Position numbers and translations under genes: made by a program
In this document: in pieces, positions 55,918-64,000 of the stretch
How positions within the stretch are numbered: position 1 is the stretch's first letter
Layout of the letters: each line of letters opens with the position of its first letter
DNA from: the human T2T-CHM13v2.0 reference genome, Homo sapiens
Strand: one strand, 5' to 3'
Assembly (NCBI RefSeq): GCF_009914755.1
Contig: NC_060938.1
Length of the DNA stretch: 64,000 bases
Notes under the pieces: generated by a model
Told to the model about the DNA's origin: nothing
The model's database searches: none
Seen by the model: the letters and a program-made list of their open reading frames with translations, nothing else

Positions 55918-55989
55918 TTAGGTCTAAGAAATAATTAATGTATTCATAAATATACATATGCAACAAAGTATAAATAATACATAGGCATA

Positions 55990-56215
55990 ACTAGGAATAT
56001 GGGCTTTAGAATCATGCATTCAAACCGCTGGCTATATCCTTGCCAAAGTATATAACTTTGGTCAAAATAAGTAAGTTGTCTATGCCTCAGTTTCCTTGTC
56101 TATAAAGTAGAAATAATCAACTGTATGTTGTGGGCCTTTTGGGAGACATTAGAAGAAAAGATATATAGAAAACTCTTAAAGCCATTCCTGGCACATCAGG
56201 GCACTTAATACATTT
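55990..56215 (+). mobile_element. MIR
   Basis: Core ctatgcctcagtttccttgtctataaa. Confidence 0.75.
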
Positions 56216-59200
56216 AATTCTCCCCTTTTCTTCCTCTCTATGCTTTTGGGTTAGGAGCACATTTATCTCTTCAACAGTAAATGACATTTGTTTACTTATT
56301 TATTTATCTAGCTAGTAATAGTGGGTTCAGTGAATATTGAACTCAACTCAAGCATGGGTGGTCTTTACCAAAGATTTATTTACGCTGATTTTGCTTAGTT
56401 TCACAATCATTCGTAACATGTCATAATATGACAGTATGCATTTAAACTTGAACAACTCTCAAGTATATAACTGATGACTTTGACTTTAATTAGAATTATT
56501 GATCTAAACCTTCTGTGTCAAGCCCAGCAACAGTCAGCTCTTTGCTGAACATGTCAGCTGGTTAGGATGAAGAAATTAGGAAATTAGGGAAAACAATTTT
56601 TTTCTTCAAAATCTCAGGTGGGCTGCAACCCAATTTAAGATGGGATTAATTTGGTCACAGATCATATGTTGGACAGCCACGGTTTAAAAAAATTATTTGC
56701 CTGGAATGACTAGTTAGTATCTATCATGACTCTGCATTAAACATATTCTTCTTTGACCTCTTAGATCTGTTAGGATCCAAGATTTCCCTCTCTGTTTCAT
56801 ACTGGTTGGTATCTGGCAGTTTTTGTGTCAGAATTGCCTCCCTGATTGCAGAGTTCTCAAGCACTCTGCCTGAAATTACTCAAATTTGGAATTATAAGGG
56901 TTTTCCACAACTACACAGATTTGGTCAGCCATATTCCTATTATTCTGACAATTTCTGATCCTATTTACTATTACACAAATTCTTGTAACATGGGAAATTC
57001 TAGAGGCATGACACTCTTTGAGTATAAACTTACATCTTGATTTTATATATAAAATATCTCCTTTTGCCAGTGAATGTAGGTGCCACTGTGAAAAGATTAT
57101 ATTATTTTTCCCTGCTTTAAATGGGGACAAAATGAGTCTAAGCTGTTTCCTGGAAGATTCTTCTCTGTTACTCAACTTTCCTCTAGAATTATTTCTTTCC
57201 GTTTCTGTCAAATATCTCCCCCAACTCTCAGTTGCAGCAGTTAAGGTTAAAGCTTGTTCTTTGTGTGAGTTTGTGCCTCATGTGAGTTTGTTATTTAATA
57301 TACGTATATGTATATGTGCATACATGCACATACAATAAAATACATATTTTAAATGTATATATATATTTATTATTTGTGAGGTACATGTGCGCTAATCTTA
57401 CCTTAAGAAACAGTATCATTCAACTTAAACGATGGCAAAATTGATTTTCTAATTAAATCACTGCATGTTGTTTTCTCAGCAGCTCTGCTCTCATCTGAAT
57501 CCCTTGCTCTCCTCAGTCCCACGCACCATCCATAGCTTGTTCTCTTCCTTCCCACTGTGCTGTCTTCTATCAACCAGAGCAGTCAAATCAACCCTTAGAG
57601 TGTTCTTAAAAGCACCATATGCCCAACAGAAGAGCACTTGAATTACTCTGTATACCAGAACCTGCTGTACATCACAACAGATTATTAACAGAGACCAAAA
57701 ACTAGGACACTGTGTGATCTTATAACCCATCTGAAACTACCACCTGAGAGCACTTCTTGGTCCATTTATTGTATTTCCCAGAATCTCATTTCTACCAACT
57801 AAATTAGTCAGACACTTACAGGCAACTTGGATGCAAATGACTTCTGACCTAAAGCTTAGCCATCCTGCTCCTTTCTTTATAGGCATCACATATATTTTTA
57901 AAAAAAGAGTACTCCTTAGCAAGCTGCCTTCTCCAGAATGAAGAAAAGCAATAAAAACAAAGAAATTTTTCTAAGTAACTGACTTGAGCGTCTTTCTTTG
58001 TGGAGTTTCCCATAATAAAAGAAGGAGAATGACAGGGTCGAGATAATTTGTTTAAGAACACAGGCAAATAGCATGTAGTTTTTTCTTTTTTAATACATAA
58101 ATGCTTCTGATAGCTTTATTTAGTTTTCTGATTTGCATTTTCTATTCAAGGCCAAGTCCTGCCTTGTGAAAATTTTTCAGATTGCCTCGCCTCCATTGCG
58201 CTATTTAACTTCCCCAGAGTTAAAAACTGTATCTTTTTCATGGAGGCCTGACAGCAGCCTAAAGAAGGCTGTGTTTCATTACCACATCAAATGATTTGGG
58301 GTCAGAAAAACTAGGTAGCCTCCCTCCAGCCTTACGTTCCTCCAGAAGAAAGACACTTTGAAAGAATACAGGAATGACAATCTATTCTTAATGACATTAC
58401 CCTACAAGGCAAAGTATGTGATAAAGTGACCTTACATGGTATAACCTACGTAAATGCAGTTGAGTCTTGTGAGATGTGGCAGGTGAGAGGAATATAAGAA
58501 GTTTTACATGATGACACCAAAGGGAGAAGGCAGGATAGGAGATGATCACTTGAAGCAGCATTGGGAGGAATGGTTGCATGTGGACACAAATATGGGGATG
58601 GGCTTACTTCAAAGAGAGAGACTGTGGAATATTACAACTTCATGGCCATGCTCTTATACATACACATTTTTCCTAAAAAATATATATATCAATAGAGATG
58701 TATAGTTAATCTAAAATGATTCTTAAACTGTAGTATCTAAAATAGACACTGCAATGTAAAATAGATTAAAACTCACACATCAAAGTTGCAAAAGTCATTC
58801 AACTGTCCCTCTGCCAGTTATATAAAATCATAATAATGAAAAATTAAATTCATAATATTAGTATATCAAATTGTATTGTTATGAATATTTGTTTGCAGGC
58901 ATTTTATATTGTCTAGGTGCATTAAAGGCATGGTTACAAATTATTAATACTAATAGCCCTCTAAGAAGAAGAATATTGATCTTCTTTAGTGTAGAAGAAA
59001 ACAATTTTATTGAGAATTCAAAGACCTGGGTTCATGTTCCATTCTGCTCCATGACTGAAGCATGTCATTTTGTTGCTCTGACCCTGTCACATGTGCTTAC
59101 AGGGATGCCTTCAGAATCAGGTACACTGTGAGGTACCATATAAATGAAAGATATCAGTACATAAAGGTTTGGGTACTTAAGAAAAGTTAAGTATCTTACA

Positions 59201-60048
59201 CACACAGCTATAATGGATTGATTATAGAGTCAAAATACTTTCAATGCTGTTCTTGTACACTTTTGCTTACCACTGAATCAATTTCTTTCACAGGAGGATA
59301 TGGATATGGCTGCCAACTTCAGATTAGGAGCACATTTTATGCCGAGATCTATAATATTTAGATAATATATTCACATATATTTCCCTGTTTTGCATTTTAT
59401 TTTAACCCTGTATAAAGTGGCATTAGTTGAATGCTAGCATAGTATGCTACCATCTGAAACATATGGGGCTAGTCTCTATTAATTCAGGTAAGAAACTGAT
59501 TAAAGATAGAAAGTGCCCTCCTTTCTTGTGAGAGGGAAAGGCAGGGTCAGCAGATGCAAAGATCTAAGTAATACAGCAGCATCCAGCTGCTCAAGAACTA
59601 AAATTAGGTTCCTGGGAAAAACGAATTGCTGAGGAGAAAGAAGAAATTAACAATAAGAAGCAAGGATTATCATTCCCTGCGGCCTCTAAGTAGAAGATAG
59701 GGATCAAATCTCCTTAAGTCTTGAGATACCGTCTAAGAAAAGCCAGTTCTTCAACCTTCCTCTTATTCTGCAAACAAGTTCTGCATCTCTCTACAGTGAA
59801 GCTTCAATGGAGTTAGAGAGAGCAAAGTTAGAGAGAGCCATAGAGATACCTTCAGGATCCATTCTGACTTCATTGTGCCTTCCTGGGCTGCTGACTACAT
59901 CCCTCAGGCTTCCCTGAAACCAGAATTCAGGAACAAATGAGGTTTCCCCAATCAAATGTCAGCAAAAGCATCATAGCATGAGGTTTTCTTGGTTTGGTGT
60001 TCAGTGTTCAGTGTCCAGTGTCTAGTTTTCTAGGTGTCAAGAGGTAGT

Positions 60049-60514
<466 letters not shown>

Positions 60515-60612
60515 TCTTTTCACCTATCTTTAACACCTAGCATGATGCTGAAACGTACTGAAAATACTCATTAAGTAAATTGAATGATATAATCCTAAAA
60601 AGAAAAGAAAGT

Positions 60613-60949
60613 GCCACATTTTCTTAATCCAGTCTATCACTGATGGACATTTGTGTTGGTTCCAAGTCTTTGCTATTGTGAATAGTGCCACAATAAACGT
60701 AAGTGTGCATGTGTCCTTATAGCAGCATGATTTATAATCCTTTGGGTATATACCCAGTAATGGGATGGCTGGGTCAAATGGCCGGTCGTGGGGTAGGGGG
60801 AGGGGGAGGGATAGCATTAGGAGATATACCTAATGTAAATGACGAGTTAATGGGTGCAGCACACCAACATGGCACAGGTATACATATGTAACAAACCTGC
60901 ACATTGTGCACATGTACCCTAGAACTTAAAGTATAATAATAAAAAAAAG
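60613..60949 (+). mobile_element. Young L1PA, 5'-inverted (twin-primed) short insertion
   Basis: 60613-60781 is antisense ORF2 end, 60782-60949 is sense 3' UTR plus A tail. 15-bp TSD aaaagaaaagaaagt at 60598-60612 and 60950-60964. Confidence 0.92.
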
Positions 60950-63900
60950 AAAAGAAAAGAAAGTAAGAGGCAATGGCATCTGTGAGAGCAGCAGCTGTAT
61001 TCTGTATCCCACTGTCCAGTGAACAGCTTCCTGGGTGCCGAGAGTCAGGGATGGTAATGCCAGCTTTCTGATCGCAGCTTTCTCATCCCTGGCTTGCAGC
61101 TACAGCAATGTATTCTGGAACTTCAGAATTTTCTGTTGTAGCCTCCTGATTCCTTCTATTCCCAATTGCAGCATCCAGCAGTTTCCTGGGGCCTCAGTTC
61201 TGCAGTCCTCCAGGAGCCATTCCTGAAGGTCAGGCCTGAGGCCTGCCCTTCCAGCCCTTCTAGCAATTTTGTAAGCGCTTAATATCCTGTATTACATTCC
61301 TTTCTGCAGAAAATATCTAAAGCAGGTTCTATTTTGTAAACTATACCCTGATGCCAAAGGTTTTGACACAAATGCCTACTTAACTAATTGTCAAGGACTG
61401 CCTAGAGCAATGCATTAAGAACATTGAAACTGAGTCCAAATTCAGTGAAAAAGATTTTTTATGCCTGGCATGGGAGAGAGGGTCATTATACGTTTGCCAC
61501 CTTATAATACATCAGCCTTACCTAACAAATCTCCATGTGTATGTACTAATAAATATAAAATTTAAGATAGATAAAATTTCAAAATTTTATTCCTATGCAA
61601 ACGGATATAGTGAAAATGAACTAGACAGACCAAAATTAAGCAAAGATCGCATAGAAGGAAATGTTAAATTTATTCACAGGAATGCTAATTGAACCATATG
61701 CGAGTTACAATTTATCAAACTCGAAATAGCAAAAGTTACTTCAATACAATCCCACTAGTCTAAACCTAGTCTTTAAAGATAAAATTGTCTGGCCATTTTG
61801 TTCTTTGAAGTTGCTGAATTGTGCATTGATGGAAAGGATTTTAAAGGATTAATTTTAAAGAAACTTCAAATCAAAAATCAAACTATTAGAAAAGAATATA
61901 ACAACAACCCCCCAAAACCCCTGTGTTCCTGTTCCTTTATAACAATTTACCTTGGTAGGGTAGGTTGGTGAGGTTTAGCCCCCATTCCGAATGGTAATCA
62001 TTCTTTTCCTGAGAGTGTTAATACTTCAGTCATTTAAGCTTCCTAATTTGATACTTTTTGGTTAAGAAGGAAACCTTAAATGAGGAAAGGAAATGCTGAG
62101 AGGAAATTACTTGAACAGAATTTAATAGTTTTGTGATGTGAAGCTGTGATCACATTTTTTTCACAGTATGAGTCAGTCATATAAATGTTTGGTTTACTTA
62201 GTTTCTTAATTTGATTTGAAACTAAACGAAGCAAAACTTGTCAGCAAAATGTAATTTTTCCTGAGTTACACTACACTGATTTCATTATAATATAACATTC
62301 ATATTTGTAAATGAAACTGGTTTAAATGGCTTTTGGTCAGCATAAAACTGATTTTTAAAAGTATGTTTTTAAATGAATTTGTGGTCCATGCTATAATTTC
62401 AATAAACCTGCCTCCTACATGGGGATTTGAAGATCACGGTTATAGTTACTATTAGTGTCAACACAATGTAAGTAGAGTTCATTATGAAACTCACTGGGGA
62501 ATTCTAAAGTGATTACATTCTCTTTGTAATCCACAAAAAGGAACTCTTCAAAAGATAACAATTCAGTGAGATGAAATGGGAATCATCTGGTTCACTTGTA
62601 AATCATATCCTCATTTTTTCTGCTATGTCATTGCTGTTCTATCCTATTAACACCAGAGAATGAAATTCAAGAAGGTTGGTTTTTATTTTGCATCCTTATA
62701 AAAATGGAGAGCGGATTGAGCATCAGCTATTAGGGTAGCTTCCTACCTAGTCTCTGGCAGAGGCCTCCATCAAACCCACAGAAACTCCAAACCACCTTTT
62801 TTAATGCAATCAAGTATGTTCCCTAGTGGTTTCATGTTATAAGCAATTACTCAGTACTAATTTTTTTCTTTTAAATTTTACACCAATCTTGTTTTCATTT
62901 TTCTATTCCCCACATATTATTCTCAAGTAGTCAGAATGAGCAGTAACCAACTTGACACCTGGAATGCTCCCATGACCAAGCATTGTTTTAAGCTACTACA
63001 TTTGTGGTAACTTGTTAGAGATGCAATAAAAAACCAATACAGGAGTATTGTAAGAAAGCATAATTACAGGGCCTACTATAGTGCCTGATACAGATTAAGC
63101 CCTGAATAAGTCTTAGTTTCCTCCCATAACTTATCTAGGAAACTCCAATTCATTTACTCACCAAAAGCTTAATACTACTACTACTACTAATAATAGCATA
63201 TTCTAGGCACTGAACGCAATTCTAGAAACTCACGGAGTTTACCTCTTAATCAAAGAAGCAAAATCACTTTACATACTTGAGGTAATTGTTCACACTCTAT
63301 ACAGATCAGGCTCAAGGAGGCGTTTGTTTTTCTCATCTATCACACCACAGGCTCCCACACACTCACACTCACACATGTCAACAAGACCTACCGACAGCTG
63401 CTCATTTCCTAATCTTTGACCTGCTTGCTTTGGGTGAGTTGGTTTCTGTGGCATTTTAAATGGAGAGACTTAGTTATGTTTTGCTTTGCATTCAGGGAGC
63501 AGATGAAAGCTAAATGCTACTGATAGATTTGGTCTTCGTGTGCCTATCTCTGCCCACACAACCACAAAAATTCCAAAGGTCAAGACAAAAATACCCCTAT
63601 GACCTCTAATGGCCACAAAGCACAGAAGTTCAAATCACTCTCTTTAAAGGGTTAGACAGGAGCCAGGGAAGCCCGGAAGTGAGGATGGGGGTGGAGTAAA
63701 AATGAAATTGCTGCCATTCGCCTTAAAGGTTTCATAGTTGGAAACACTGAATCAAACATCTATTTTGGTAAGTTCAAACTTACAACCTTGAGTGCAGGTG
63801 AGCCAGGGCATAAACTCAAGCTGTTTTTCCAAAAGAACTGTAGAACTTGCTAGGCAAGAGTTTATTTAAACAGCCAAGCATCCTGCCTTTGCCTTCTCCT

Positions 63901-64000
63901 GCTCCACCTTTCCTAGAACGCTTCCTAATTTATCCAACGAACTCAGACCCATCACAGAAGAGAAACAGTTCTCTGACTAGTCCTTGGGACAAAATGCTTC

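Overview
Catarrhine primate DNA, most likely human (Alu J/S/Y, L1PA and a HERV-W LTR17 are present). It is AT-rich, non-coding intronic or intergenic sequence. I recognise no protein-coding gene, tRNA, rRNA or snRNA. The ORFs that resemble proteins are decayed Tigger1/Tigger2 transposase or L1 ORF1/ORF2 remnants, or Alu translations. The window is a layered record of transposons: solo LTRs (LTR17, THE1D, MLT2, LTR28-like, MER57A, MER89-like, LTR32-like, LTR41-like), a near full-length Tigger1, a truncated Tigger2, a 4.2-kb old L1PA, a twin-primed young L1PA, 13 Alus, and ancient MIR/L2/CR1/MER135/MARNA relics. Family names come from remembered consensus sequences, not a database search. I cannot demonstrate a new biological system. 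The most unusual zone is about 41.6-46.3 kb. It holds a ~220-bp, ~94% identical inverted repeat of apparently unique sequence with template-switch-like junction repeats, a candidate 33-nt exon with a duplicated splice donor, a (TG)11(CG)10 Z-DNA-type tract, a pseudoknot-like 64-mer, a closely spaced inverted Alu pair, a GC-box hairpin and a perfect 37-bp tandem duplication. Two probable L1 3' transductions are also visible.
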